From assembly GCA_963623125.1 (NCBI GenBank), contig CAVFKJ010000046.1:41253-103304 (forward strand): 62,052 bases of DNA, written 5' to 3'. This stretch comes from Clostridium sp. CAG:217. GTDB taxonomy: Bacteria; Bacillota_I; Bacilli_A; Erysipelotrichales; Erysipelotrichaceae. The stretch's first letter is position 1, and each line of letters opens with the position of its first letter. This document shows positions 8,610 through 17,893 of the stretch, piece after piece. The position numbers and the translations under genes are program-made. Under the pieces are notes generated by a model. It did no database searches, was not told the DNA's origin, and saw nothing but the letters and a program-made list of their open reading frames with translations.

Positions 8610-9304
8610 GTAAGGAAGAATTTTTAAGGGCATTAAGTGATAATGGTTTGACTTTAGATGATAAGCAAATTGAGCAATTGGATGATTATGCAGCCTTTTT
8701 GAAGGAATATAATCAAAAGATTAATCTAACAGGCATTGATGAATATGAGGATGTTTTGGATAAACATTTCTATGATTCCTTATTATTGAGTTTTAATTTT
8801 AAGCTTGAAGGTTGTTTTGTGGATGTTGGAACCGGTGCGGGTTTTCCTGGTGTAGTCTTAAAGATATGTTATCCAAATTTAAGAGTTATTTTACTAGAGC
8901 CCTTAAAGAAAAGATGTGTATTTTTAAATGAACTAATTGAAAAGCTTGCTTTAAAAGATATTGAAGTAGTTAATACTAGGGGTGAAGAATATACCGCCTT
9001 ACATCGAGAAGAATTTGATTATGTTAGCGCTAGAGCTGTTAGTAATATGAATATGCTTATTGAAGTATGTGGGGGCTTAGTTAAAAAAGATGGTTATTTC
9101 ATTGCCCTAAGAGGTTTAAATGGCCAAGAAGAGTTAAAGAGTGCTAGTAGAGCGATTAAGGAAATGGGCTTTGTTAAGGAAAGTGAGAAAGAATGCTTCT
9201 TGTTTGAGGGGTCAAAAAGATATATCGCTTATTTAAGAAAGAAGAGCCTTACTCCTAAAAAGTATCCAAGAAATTATAGTATAATTGTGAAGAAACCGTT
9301 ATGA
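8606..9304 (+). CDS. rsmG: 16S rRNA (guanine527-N7)-methyltransferase RsmG
   Basis: INLTGI...HFYDSL...DVGTGAGFPGVVLKI SAM-binding motifs. Conserved position upstream of noc/soj/spo0J. Confidence 0.9.
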   Translation: MSKEEFLRALSDNGLTLDDKQIEQLDDYAAFLKEYNQKINLTGIDEYEDVLDKHFYDSLLLSFNFKLEGCFVDVGTGAGFPGVVLKICYPNLRVILLEPLKKRCVFLNELIEKLALKDIEVVNTRGEEYTALHREEFDYVSARAVSNMNMLIEVCGGLVKKDGYFIALRGLNGQEELKSASRAIKEMGFVKESEKECFLFEGSKRYIAYLRKKSLTPKKYPRNYSIIVKKPL

Positions 9305-10050
9305 GTGAAGTAGTAAATATTGATGTAAATAAGATTGTGCCTAATAAGAGTCAACCTAGACTTGATTTTTATGATGATTCAATAAAATCTTTGGCCGAAA
9401 GTATTAAGGAAAATGGCCTATTACAGCCTGTTTCTGTAAGAAAAATGGGTGATGAGTATGAGCTTATTGCTGGAGAGAGACGTTTTAGGGCTTGTAAGTA
9501 TTTAGGATTTAAAGAAGTTAAGGCTATTGTTTATGATATGTCAGATAAAGAGAGTGCTGCCTTATCTTTAATTGAGAATATTCAAAGAGAAGATTTAAAT
9601 GCGATTGAGACAGCCATGGCTATGCAAAGAATCATGGATGATGAGGGTATTACCCAAAACGAGTTAGCTAAAAGACTTGGTTATAAACAAAGTACAGTGG
9701 CTAATAAGATTAGACTTTTAAAGCTTCCTGATTATGTAAAGAACGCTGTTAGTATTGGTACGATTACTGAAAGACATGCGCGTGCTTTGCTTAAGGTGCC
9801 AAGTGAGATGCTTGAGGAAGTTTTCCTTACAATTACTAATCGTAATTATACGGTTAGTAAAACAGAAGAATATATTGATTCTTTACTTAATAAGAATAAA
9901 CATACTAAGGGTGTTTCTTATGGTAGTCAGATTGCGGTTAATTCTTTAAAACAAACTTATGATATGGTAAGAAATGCGGGTATTGATGCGGATTTTCAGG
10001 TTAGTGAATATTCGGATATTACTAAAATAGTAATTAAAATAAAGAAATAG
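9301..10050 (+). CDS. noc: ParB-family protein, Noc-like by position
   Basis: ParB N-terminal box (LLQPVSVRK...ELIAGERRFRAC) and HTH (TQNELAKRLGYKQSTVANKIRLLKLP). It sits between rsmG and soj, as noc does in Bacillus. Confidence 0.6.
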   Translation: MSEVVNIDVNKIVPNKSQPRLDFYDDSIKSLAESIKENGLLQPVSVRKMGDEYELIAGERRFRACKYLGFKEVKAIVYDMSDKESAALSLIENIQREDLNAIETAMAMQRIMDDEGITQNELAKRLGYKQSTVANKIRLLKLPDYVKNAVSIGTITERHARALLKVPSEMLEEVFLTITNRNYTVSKTEEYIDSLLNKNKHTKGVSYGSQIAVNSLKQTYDMVRNAGIDADFQVSEYSDITKIVIKIKK

Positions 10051-10058
10051 GAGGAAGT

Positions 10059-10844
10059 ATGGCGAAAGTTATTGCGATTGCGAATCAAAAAGGTGGTGTT
10101 GGTAAGACTACCACTTCTATAAATTTGGCTGCTGGGTTAGCCTATCTTTCTAAGAAAGTATTATTGATTGACTTTGATCCTCAGGGCAACGCCACTCAGG
10201 GCATTGGTTATGAGGTTAGAGTTGATGATTTAACCGTATATGATGCTTTACTTGGGGATAATGATATTAAAGATTGTATTAAGAGCTTAAAGAAGCCTCC
10301 TTTAGATATTCTTCCAGCTAACATTACTTTGGCTGGTGCTGATTTGGAGATTGCGCAAATTGAGGAAAATCGTGAACAAATCCTTAAGAGTAAACTAGAT
10401 ACAATTAAAGATAATTATGATTTTGTCATTATTGATTGTCCTCCTAGTTTAGGTTTACTTAATACTAATGCCCTTACGGCAGCAGATTCAATTATTATTC
10501 CAGTACAGTGTGAATATTATGCTTTAGAGGGTGTTACGCAACTTTTACAAACTATTAGACTTGTTCAAAAGTTGTTTAATCCTAAGTTAAAGATTGAGGG
10601 TGTTCTTCTTACAATGTTTGATGCGCGTACTAATTTAAGTAGTGAAGTGTCTAGTGAAGTTAGAAAGCACTTTAAGGAAAAAACATATCGTACTAATATT
10701 CCAAGAAATATTAAGTTATCAGAGGCTCCAAGTGTTGGTAAATCGATTTTTGATTATGATATGTCTTGTGAGGGCGCTAGAGCTTATGTAGCTTTAACTA
10801 AGGAAGTTATTGAGACAAATAAAGAAGGTGAAAACAATGGCTAA
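10059..10844 (+). CDS. soj: Chromosome partitioning ATPase ParA/Soj
   Basis: Deviant Walker A NQKGGVGKTTT and the DCPPSLG motif. Confidence 0.9.
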   Translation: MAKVIAIANQKGGVGKTTTSINLAAGLAYLSKKVLLIDFDPQGNATQGIGYEVRVDDLTVYDALLGDNDIKDCIKSLKKPPLDILPANITLAGADLEIAQIEENREQILKSKLDTIKDNYDFVIIDCPPSLGLLNTNALTAADSIIIPVQCEYYALEGVTQLLQTIRLVQKLFNPKLKIEGVLLTMFDARTNLSSEVSSEVRKHFKEKTYRTNIPRNIKLSEAPSVGKSIFDYDMSCEGARAYVALTKEVIETNKEGENNG

Positions 10845-11697
10845 GAAATTAGGCAAGGGTTTAGGTGCTATCTTTGGTGATGATATTGATTCGGTTTTAG
10901 ATGAAATATCTAATGGTGATAGCGAAATAAAGGGTGAGAAGGTTGGTCTTAAGATTAGTGAGATCAGGCCTAATCCTTATCAACCACGTAAAATCTTTGA
11001 TGAGGAAGCTTTAAAGGATTTAAGTGCTTCAATCAAAGAAAGAGGTGTTTTTCAACCAATTTTGGTTAGAAAGTCTTTAAAGGGTTATGAACTTATTGCG
11101 GGAGAGCGTCGTTTAAAGGCTAGTAAGATGGCTGGTTTAAAAGATATTCCAGCTATTATATTAGATTTTGATGATACCGATATGATGGAAGTTTCTTTAC
11201 TTGAGAATGTTCAAAGAGAGAACTTAACGCCAATAGAGGAGGCTGAGGCTTACGATAATATCATCAAGAAATTAAATTATACTCAAGATGAACTTTCTAA
11301 GAAGGTTGGTAAATCAAGAGCTTATATTACTAATAGTTTAAGACTATTAAAACTTCCTAGTAGTGTAAGGGATTTGGTTAATAAGGGTAAGATTAGCCAA
11401 GGTCATGCCAAGGCTTTATTAGCTTTTGATGATGAAGATAAGATTATCGAGGTAGCAAATCGTATCGTTAAAGAGGATTTAACCGTTAGAGATGTTGAAA
11501 AGTTAAGTAAACAAAAGATAGTTAAAAAAGAAGCTAAGAAGGAAGATGACCCATATCTTGTGAATGTTAGAAATAATCTTGAGTCAAAATTAATGACTAA
11601 GGTTGATGTTGATAAAAGTAAGGTCACTATTCATTACACTAGTAATGATGAATTAAATAGAATTTTGGAATTGTTAGACTGTTTAGATCAAAATTAG
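10837..11697 (+). CDS. spo0J: Chromosome partitioning protein ParB/Spo0J
   Basis: MAKKLGKGLGAIFG N-terminus, PNPYQPRK, ELIAGERRLKAS, and HTH TQDELSKKVGKSRAYITNSLRLLKLP. The ATG at 10837 is preceded by GAAGGTG and overlaps the soj stop by 8 nt. Confidence 0.9.
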   Translation: MAKKLGKGLGAIFGDDIDSVLDEISNGDSEIKGEKVGLKISEIRPNPYQPRKIFDEEALKDLSASIKERGVFQPILVRKSLKGYELIAGERRLKASKMAGLKDIPAIILDFDDTDMMEVSLLENVQRENLTPIEEAEAYDNIIKKLNYTQDELSKKVGKSRAYITNSLRLLKLPSSVRDLVNKGKISQGHAKALLAFDDEDKIIEVANRIVKEDLTVRDVEKLSKQKIVKKEAKKEDDPYLVNVRNNLESKLMTKVDVDKSKVTIHYTSNDELNRILELLDCLDQN

Positions 11698-11705
11698 GAG
11701 GGAAC

Positions 11706-12866
11706 ATGCCAGAGAAACAAGAAGAGAAGATCGTTTTATCATTGAATGATGAACCAGTTCAAGAGGAAAAGAGTGAAGAGAAGGTAGAAATTAGCGAAGA
11801 AGAGGTTAAGGAAGCTAGAGTTGATGATTCTTCTTTATCTGCTGAGGAGAAGGCTCAAGTTGAGGAATTTTCTAAGCAAATCGATATTAATAAGGCTAAT
11901 GCGATTTTACAATATGGTGCTAGTGCTCAAAATAAGGTTGCGGATTTCTCTGAACAAACTTTAAAGAATGTTCGTACTAAGGATTTGGATTCAGTTGGTG
12001 ATACTTTAGAGGATTTAGTAAAACAACTTAAGAGTTTTGATGTCAATGAGAAGGAAGATGGTTTCTTTGATAAGCTTTTTAAGAAATCAGCCAATTCTGT
12101 TCAAAGCTTAAAGGTTAAGTATGATAGTGCTTCTAGTAATGTTGATAAGATTGTTAAGATTTTAGAGGATCATCAAGTTACTTTATTAAAGGATATCAAC
12201 TTACTTGATCAATTATATGAGAAGAACCTGGTTAATCAAAAAGAACTTACAATGTATATTCTTGCTGGGTACAAGAAGCTTGATGAAGTAAAAAATAATG
12301 AACTTCCTGTTTTATTAGCTAAGGCTAAGGAAACAGGTGATCCTGAGGATGCCCAAAAGGCTAATGATTTAAGTAATGCGATTAATCGTTTTGAGAAAAA
12401 GCTTCATGATTTAGAGCTAACTAGAATTGTTTCTATTCAAACTGGTCCGCAAATTAGACTTGTTCAAAACAATGATACTTTGATGGTGGAGAAGATTCAG
12501 TCTACTTTAGTTAATACTATTCCTTTATGGAAGTCACAGATGCTTATTGCCTTAGGTATCTCGCATTCTAAGGAGGCTGCAAAGGCTTCTAATGAAGTTA
12601 CTGAGATGACTAATAGAATGCTTAAGGAGAATGCTGAGAATCTTAAGATGGCTACGATTGAGACAGCTAAGGAATCAGAAAGAGGCATTGTTGATATTGA
12701 GACTTTAACAGAGACTAATAAGAAGCTTATTGAGACTCTTGAGGAAGTTCAAAGAATTCAAACTGAGGGTAGAGAAAAAAGAGCTGCTGCTCAAGTTGAG
12801 CTTAGAAAGATTGAAACGGAACTTTCTAATAAACTTACCGATGTTAAGGGAACGATTGAACAATAA
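11706..12866 (+). CDS. TelA/YaaN-family toxic anion resistance-like protein
   Basis: Acidic N-terminal tail followed by a long helical domain with a TelA-like pattern (ILQYGASAQNKVADFSEQTL...IVSIQTGPQIRLVQNND). Confidence 0.7.
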   Translation: MPEKQEEKIVLSLNDEPVQEEKSEEKVEISEEEVKEARVDDSSLSAEEKAQVEEFSKQIDINKANAILQYGASAQNKVADFSEQTLKNVRTKDLDSVGDTLEDLVKQLKSFDVNEKEDGFFDKLFKKSANSVQSLKVKYDSASSNVDKIVKILEDHQVTLLKDINLLDQLYEKNLVNQKELTMYILAGYKKLDEVKNNELPVLLAKAKETGDPEDAQKANDLSNAINRFEKKLHDLELTRIVSIQTGPQIRLVQNNDTLMVEKIQSTLVNTIPLWKSQMLIALGISHSKEAAKASNEVTEMTNRMLKENAENLKMATIETAKESERGIVDIETLTETNKKLIETLEEVQRIQTEGREKRAAAQVELRKIETELSNKLTDVKGTIEQ

Positions 12867-13423
12867 TGAAGTGGATGGTTGTAAGCGATATTCATGGTAG
12901 TGAATTATACGCTAAGAAACTTGTTGAATTATATAAAAAAGAGGGTGCTACTAAGTTATTACTTTTAGGAGATATCTTATATCATGGACCTAGGAATGAT
13001 TTACCCGAAGGTTATCGTCCAAAGGGTGTAATTGAACTTTTGAATCCTTTAAAGAAAGATATTGTTTGTGTTAGAGGCAATTGTGAAGCAGAAGTTGATC
13101 AAATGGTACTAGAGTTTCCAGTATTGACTGATCATGTGCTTATTGAAAGTGATTATTTTACTTTATATCTTACGCATGGCCATCATGAGTGTGATAATAA
13201 TCCACCTTTAATGAATAAGGACTTTATTCTATTGTGTGGTCACAGCCATGTACCTAAACTTAGCATTCATGATGATTATATTTATATGAATCCAGGTTCA
13301 ATTACTATTCCTAAGGAAAATTCTTGGCATGGTTATATGCTTATAGAGGATGATAAATTTACTTGGAAGGATATAGAAGGGGACATTAAAAAGGAGTACA
13401 CTTATAAACAAAGGAGTGTTTAA
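12866..13423 (+). CDS. yfcE: YfcE-like metallophosphoesterase (MJ0936 family)
   Basis: Near-collinear with E. coli YfcE: SDIHGS, LGDILYHGPRNDLPEGY, VRGNCEAEVDQM, THGH, GHSH. Confidence 0.8.
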   Translation: MKWMVVSDIHGSELYAKKLVELYKKEGATKLLLLGDILYHGPRNDLPEGYRPKGVIELLNPLKKDIVCVRGNCEAEVDQMVLEFPVLTDHVLIESDYFTLYLTHGHHECDNNPPLMNKDFILLCGHSHVPKLSIHDDYIYMNPGSITIPKENSWHGYMLIEDDKFTWKDIEGDIKKEYTYKQRSV

Positions 13424-13872
13424 TGTTTAACGACTTTTTAAGTAATAGAGTGATTATTGTGGCGATATTGTCTTGGCTAATAGCGCAAGTATCTAAGACA
13501 ATTACGCATGCGATAGTATATAAAAAAATTGACCTTAAAAGGTTAATGGGTGATGGTGGTATGCCTAGTTGTCACTCGGCTGTTGTAACAAGTGTTGCCT
13601 TATCAATTGGTATTACAGAGGGCTTTAATACTTCTATCTTTGACTTAGCTTTGGTATTTGCGATTGTGGTAATGCATGATGCCTCAGGCGTTAGATACGA
13701 GACTGGTAAGCAAGCTTTAGTTATTAAGAGTATTACCCAAATCATTGAGGAGATGGCTAATACCCATATCGATGATGAAAAACTTAAGGAATTTGTTGGC
13801 CATACTCATTTGCAAGTTTTTATGGGAGCTTTGACTGGTATTATTGTTACTCTTGTTTATTTTATGTTTTAG
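13423..13872 (+). CDS. Divergent PAP2 / DUF212 (YuiD-like) membrane protein
   Basis: GGMPSCHSA, HDASGVR and GHTHLQV motifs within a 4-TM protein. Confidence 0.75.
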   Translation: MFNDFLSNRVIIVAILSWLIAQVSKTITHAIVYKKIDLKRLMGDGGMPSCHSAVVTSVALSIGITEGFNTSIFDLALVFAIVVMHDASGVRYETGKQALVIKSITQIIEEMANTHIDDEKLKEFVGHTHLQVFMGALTGIIVTLVYFMF

Positions 13873-13904
13873 AAAGATCAAGAAATTGGTCTTTTCTTTT
13901 TGGT

Positions 13905-13986
13905 AAGATGTAAATAGATGTAAAAGAAAATAAAACATGTAAAGAGATGTAAAAAGATGTAAAAGAAATTAAAAGATGTAAAAGAA
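13905..13986. repeat. Phased array of six (G/C)ATGTAAA(A/G) words
   Basis: ATGTAAA starts at 13908, 13918, 13937, 13947, 13957 and 13976, giving spacings of 10/19/10/10/19 bp. Confidence 0.8.
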
Positions 13987-14079
13987 GCAAATTTACGAAA
14001 TATAATTTGGCGTGATAGAATTTTCTTTGCCTAGATTTGGTGAATTTATAGCGTTTTTACAATATGAGTAGGGGGTAAT

Positions 14080-14994
14080 ATGTTTATTTCAACTTTAAAT
14101 CAGATGTTGTTTCTGTTTCTTTGTATCTTAATTGGTTATTTTTTAAAGAAGAAGAAATTACTTCCCGAAGGTAGTGAAACAGTTATTTCTAAGCTTGAGA
14201 ATCTTATTTTGATTCCTGCTTTATTAATTAAGTCTTTTTCTAGTAATTGTAATATTACTAGTTTGACTAATAATATGAACTTACTTTTATATGGCCTATT
14301 TTTTGTATTATTACAGATTGGAATAGCTTATCTTTTGACACCATTATTTAAGCCTACTAAACAAGAGAAGGGCATCTTTGTTTATTCTTTGACAGTAGTA
14401 AACTTTTCTTTTATGGGTAATTCTTTAGTGCTTTCTTTATATGGTGATGAAATGTTATACAAGTATTTAATTTTTTCTTTGCCACTTAATATTGTGGCTT
14501 TTTCAATTGGTTATATTTGGCTTACTGCTGGCAAAGAAAAGTTTTCTTTTAAAAGATTAATTAATCCTATTGTTGTTTCAATGGTTATTGGTATGATAAT
14601 TGGCTTAAGCGGTATTACATTACCTTCTTTTATTAGTAACACTTTAAATAGTTTAGCAAATTGTTTCTCACCAATGGCTATGCTTCTAACGGGTATTGTA
14701 ATAGGCGGCTATGATATTAAATCGTTACTTACTAATAAGCGTGTTTATTTGCTTACTTTTATTAGATGCTTAATTTTACCTTTTGTGTTATTGTATGGTG
14801 CTAAGTTGTGTGGTTTAGATAGTACGGTAATTACCTTATTAATCTTTATTTGCGCTATGCCTTTAGGCCTTAATACTATCGTTATTCCATCAGCCTTTGG
14901 CTATGATACAAGTCTTGGTGCTAGTATGGCGGTCATCTCTAATATTTTAGGTATCGTGTCAGTGCCTTTGTTTCTAATGATCTTTGCATTGTGA
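14080..14994 (+). CDS. AEC (auxin efflux carrier) family transporter
   Basis: A roughly 10-TM protein of 304 aa with the two-halves membrane topology typical of AEC/malate permease-like carriers. Confidence 0.65.
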   Translation: MFISTLNQMLFLFLCILIGYFLKKKKLLPEGSETVISKLENLILIPALLIKSFSSNCNITSLTNNMNLLLYGLFFVLLQIGIAYLLTPLFKPTKQEKGIFVYSLTVVNFSFMGNSLVLSLYGDEMLYKYLIFSLPLNIVAFSIGYIWLTAGKEKFSFKRLINPIVVSMVIGMIIGLSGITLPSFISNTLNSLANCFSPMAMLLTGIVIGGYDIKSLLTNKRVYLLTFIRCLILPFVLLYGAKLCGLDSTVITLLIFICAMPLGLNTIVIPSAFGYDTSLGASMAVISNILGIVSVPLFLMIFAL

Positions 14995-15006
14995 TAAACT
15001 AATTAT

Positions 15007-16110
15007 ATGAGTTTAACTGCAGGAATTATTGGACTACCAAATGTTGGTAAGTCAACATTATTTAACGCTATTACAAATTCAAGGGTTGAGGCTGCTAACT
15101 ATCCTTTTGCAACAATTGAGCCTAATGTGGGTATTGTTGAGGTTAAGGATGAAAGACTTATTAACTTAGCAGAAATATTTAAACCAGAAAGGACTATTTT
15201 CACAACTTTTGAATTTACCGATATCGCTGGTCTTGTAAAAGGGGCTAGTACTGGTGAGGGACTTGGTAACAAGTTCTTGGCTAATATTAGGGAAGTTGAT
15301 GCGATTTGTCATGTTGTAAGATGTTTTGAGGATAATGATATTCAACATGTTTATAATCGTATTGATCCGGTTGACGATATTGAGATTATTAATTATGAAT
15401 TAATTATGGCTGATATGGCTACTTGTGAAAATCGAATTTCAAAGGTAGAGAAAAAGGCTTTGACTACTAAGGACAAGGAGGCTGTTTTTGAATATAATAT
15501 TCTTAAGCGTATTCATGAGGCCTTAGGCAAGTCTGTTTTAGTTCGTAATTTGGATTTTAATGAGGAAGAAAAGGCTTATATTAAACAATTTTGTTTCTTA
15601 ACGGGTAAGCCAGTTATTTATATTGGTAATATCAAGGAAGAAGAGATTAACAATCCTGATAGTAATCCGCACTTTGTTGCTTTAAAAGAATATGCGGCTA
15701 AAGAAGGCAGTGAGGTTGTAGCTATTAGTGCCCATATTGAAGAAGAATTATCGGATTTAAGTAAGGAAGATAAACTAGCTTTCTTAGAGGATTTGGGTAT
15801 TAATCATTCTGGTCTTGATGAACTTATTTTAAAAGCTTATAAGACACTTGGTCTAAAGACTTTCTTTACGGTTGGGAAAGATGAATGTCGTGGTTGGACC
15901 TTTATAGATGGTATGAAGGCTCCTGATTGTGCTGGTGTTATCCATACTGATTTTAAAAGAGGTTTTATTAAGGCGGAAGTTTACGCTTATGATGATATGA
16001 TGGTTTATAAGTCGGAGGCTAAATTAAAGGAAGCCGGTAAGGTAAGACAAGAAGGTAAAGAATATCTGGTTAAAGATGGGGATGTTATCTTCTTTAAGTT
16101 TAATGTTTAA
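15007..16110 (+). CDS. ychF: Ribosome-binding ATPase YchF
   Basis: GIIGLPNVGKSTLFNA, FTDIAGLVKGAS, and the C-terminal TGS-like IHTDFKRGFIKAEV. Confidence 0.95.
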   Translation: MSLTAGIIGLPNVGKSTLFNAITNSRVEAANYPFATIEPNVGIVEVKDERLINLAEIFKPERTIFTTFEFTDIAGLVKGASTGEGLGNKFLANIREVDAICHVVRCFEDNDIQHVYNRIDPVDDIEIINYELIMADMATCENRISKVEKKALTTKDKEAVFEYNILKRIHEALGKSVLVRNLDFNEEEKAYIKQFCFLTGKPVIYIGNIKEEEINNPDSNPHFVALKEYAAKEGSEVVAISAHIEEELSDLSKEDKLAFLEDLGINHSGLDELILKAYKTLGLKTFFTVGKDECRGWTFIDGMKAPDCAGVIHTDFKRGFIKAEVYAYDDMMVYKSEAKLKEAGKVRQEGKEYLVKDGDVIFFKFNV

Positions 16111-16115
16111 TGTTT

Positions 16116-16140
16116 AGGCTTGATTTTTCAAGCCTTTTTA
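16116..16140 (+). terminator. Rho-independent terminator after ychF
   Basis: aggcttga-tttt-tcaagcct hairpin followed by TTTT. It lies inside the 5' extension of the track ORF for tilS. Confidence 0.65.
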
Positions 16141-16145
16141 AAATT

Positions 16146-17327
16146 ATGAGTGATGTTAAAAAGAAAGTACTAGTGGCGGTATCTGGTGGGCCTGATTCAA
16201 TGGCTCTTTTAGACATGGTTAAAGATAAATATGAGTGTTATGTAGCTCATGTTAATTATCATCATCGTGATAGTGCTTTAAGAGATGAAAACATCGTAAG
16301 AGATTTTTGTTTAAAATATAATATTCCTTTTTTTAAGGAAGATTATGTTGAAAGTTCAGGTAACTTTCAAGAAAGAGCCCGTATTTTTCGTTATGAATTC
16401 TTTAAAGATTTAGTTAATGAATATCATTTAGATTGTGTTTTAATTGCCCGTCAAAAGGATGATTTGATTGAAACTTATCTTATGCAAGAAAAACGTAATA
16501 GCCAAGTTTATTATTATGGCCTTAAAAGTAGTGTAGAAATATTTGGGATTAAGGTTAAAAGGCCTTTACTTTCTAAGACTAAAAAAGAATTGGAAGATTA
16601 TTGTAAGAAAAATAATATTGAATATGGAATCGATGAGTCTAATTTAGGGGATGATTTTACGCGCAATAAGATAAGGCATGAAGTAATTGATAGGATGTCA
16701 ATTAAGGAAAAGAATGCTTTAGTTAGAAAGATAAGGGATCTTAATAAAGAGAATGAATTGTTAAATAAGAAGGCCAAGTCTTTTATTGATGGTAGAGATA
16801 AGATTCCTGTTGAACAATTTCTTGAATATGATGATAAGATTAGGCTTCTTAGATATTTTGTTGGGATTGGTATTTCTAAAAAAGAGGCTAATGAATTAAT
16901 TAGACAAATAAAAGAGTCAAAGGGTTTTGAAGTTTTAATTGGTGATACTTATTTTTGTAAGGAATATGGTTATCTTTTAGCTTATAAAAAGGAAGAAGAC
17001 TATTGTTTTGTTTTAGATAAGATTGAATATTTTAAGACTAAACATTTTAAGATTTCTAAAAAAGGTAGTAGCGTTGAGGCTGTTTGTTTAAAAGAAAGTG
17101 ATTTTCCTATTACTATTAGAAACTATAAAACAGGAGATAGTATTAAGTTGCGTTATGGTACTAAGAAAATCAATCGTTTCTTTATCGATCGCAAGATTTC
17201 TAGCAAGGATAGGAAGATGTGGCCAATTATGTTTAATAAAGATGGTAGTGCTATTCTTGTGCCAAAAATAGGCTGTGATATACATCATTATGCACAAAAT
17301 GATATATTGTATATGATAAAATTATAA
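16146..17327 (+). CDS. tilS: tRNA(Ile)-lysidine synthase TilS
   Basis: PP-loop VAVSGGPDSMAL. Conserved tilS-hpt-ftsH order. The start is moved to ATG 16146, downstream of the ychF terminator. Confidence 0.85.
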   Translation: MSDVKKKVLVAVSGGPDSMALLDMVKDKYECYVAHVNYHHRDSALRDENIVRDFCLKYNIPFFKEDYVESSGNFQERARIFRYEFFKDLVNEYHLDCVLIARQKDDLIETYLMQEKRNSQVYYYGLKSSVEIFGIKVKRPLLSKTKKELEDYCKKNNIEYGIDESNLGDDFTRNKIRHEVIDRMSIKEKNALVRKIRDLNKENELLNKKAKSFIDGRDKIPVEQFLEYDDKIRLLRYFVGIGISKKEANELIRQIKESKGFEVLIGDTYFCKEYGYLLAYKKEEDYCFVLDKIEYFKTKHFKISKKGSSVEAVCLKESDFPITIRNYKTGDSIKLRYGTKKINRFFIDRKISSKDRKMWPIMFNKDGSAILVPKIGCDIHHYAQNDILYMIKL

Positions 17328-17346
17328 AGTTAAACGAGGTGGCATT

Positions 17347-17880
17347 ATGCATAAGGATGTTAAAAAGATATTAATTAGTGAAGAAGAAATAGAAAAAAGA
17401 AGTAGTGAGATTGCCAAGGAAATAGATGAATATTATCGTAAGCGTAATACTGTTCCGATGGTAGTAGGTTTACTAAAGGGTTCTGTTCCTTTTATGATGA
17501 ATCTTGTTATGAAGATGGAAGTTGATTTGGAGATTGATTTCATGGATGTTTCTAGTTATAGTGGAACAAATTCTATGGAGGTTAAGATAATTAAGGATGT
17601 TGAATCTCCAGTTATTGATAGAGATGTACTTATTGTCGAAGATATTATTGATACAGGTAAGACTCTTGATAAAGTTATTGAAATGTTTAAGGCCAAGGGG
17701 GCTAAAGATATTAAAATTGTGACTCTATTAGATAAGCCATCAAGAAGAGAAAAGAGTATTAAAGGTGATTATATTGGTTTTGAAGTACCAGATGAATTCG
17801 TTATTGGGTATGGACTAGACTATAATCAAAAATACCGTAATCTTCCTTTTGTAGGCGTTATTAAAGAGGAAGCAATCTAG
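17347..17880 (+). CDS. hpt: Hypoxanthine phosphoribosyltransferase
   Basis: PRPP-binding motif VLIVEDIIDTGKT plus FVIGYGLDY. Confidence 0.9.
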   Translation: MHKDVKKILISEEEIEKRSSEIAKEIDEYYRKRNTVPMVVGLLKGSVPFMMNLVMKMEVDLEIDFMDVSSYSGTNSMEVKIIKDVESPVIDRDVLIVEDIIDTGKTLDKVIEMFKAKGAKDIKIVTLLDKPSRREKSIKGDYIGFEVPDEFVIGYGLDYNQKYRNLPFVGVIKEEAI

Positions 17881-17893
17881 TTGGAGGTTATTG

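Noticed and set aside
8606-11697. Canonical parS (TGTTNCACGTGAAACA), Noc-binding sites or DnaA-box clusters around rsmG-noc-soj-spo0J.
   Set aside because: By eye I found no CACGTG-centred 16-mer palindrome in or near spo0J, and no TTATCCACA clusters. dnaA/dnaN are not in the window. A pattern search allowing 2-3 mismatches is needed before making any claim.
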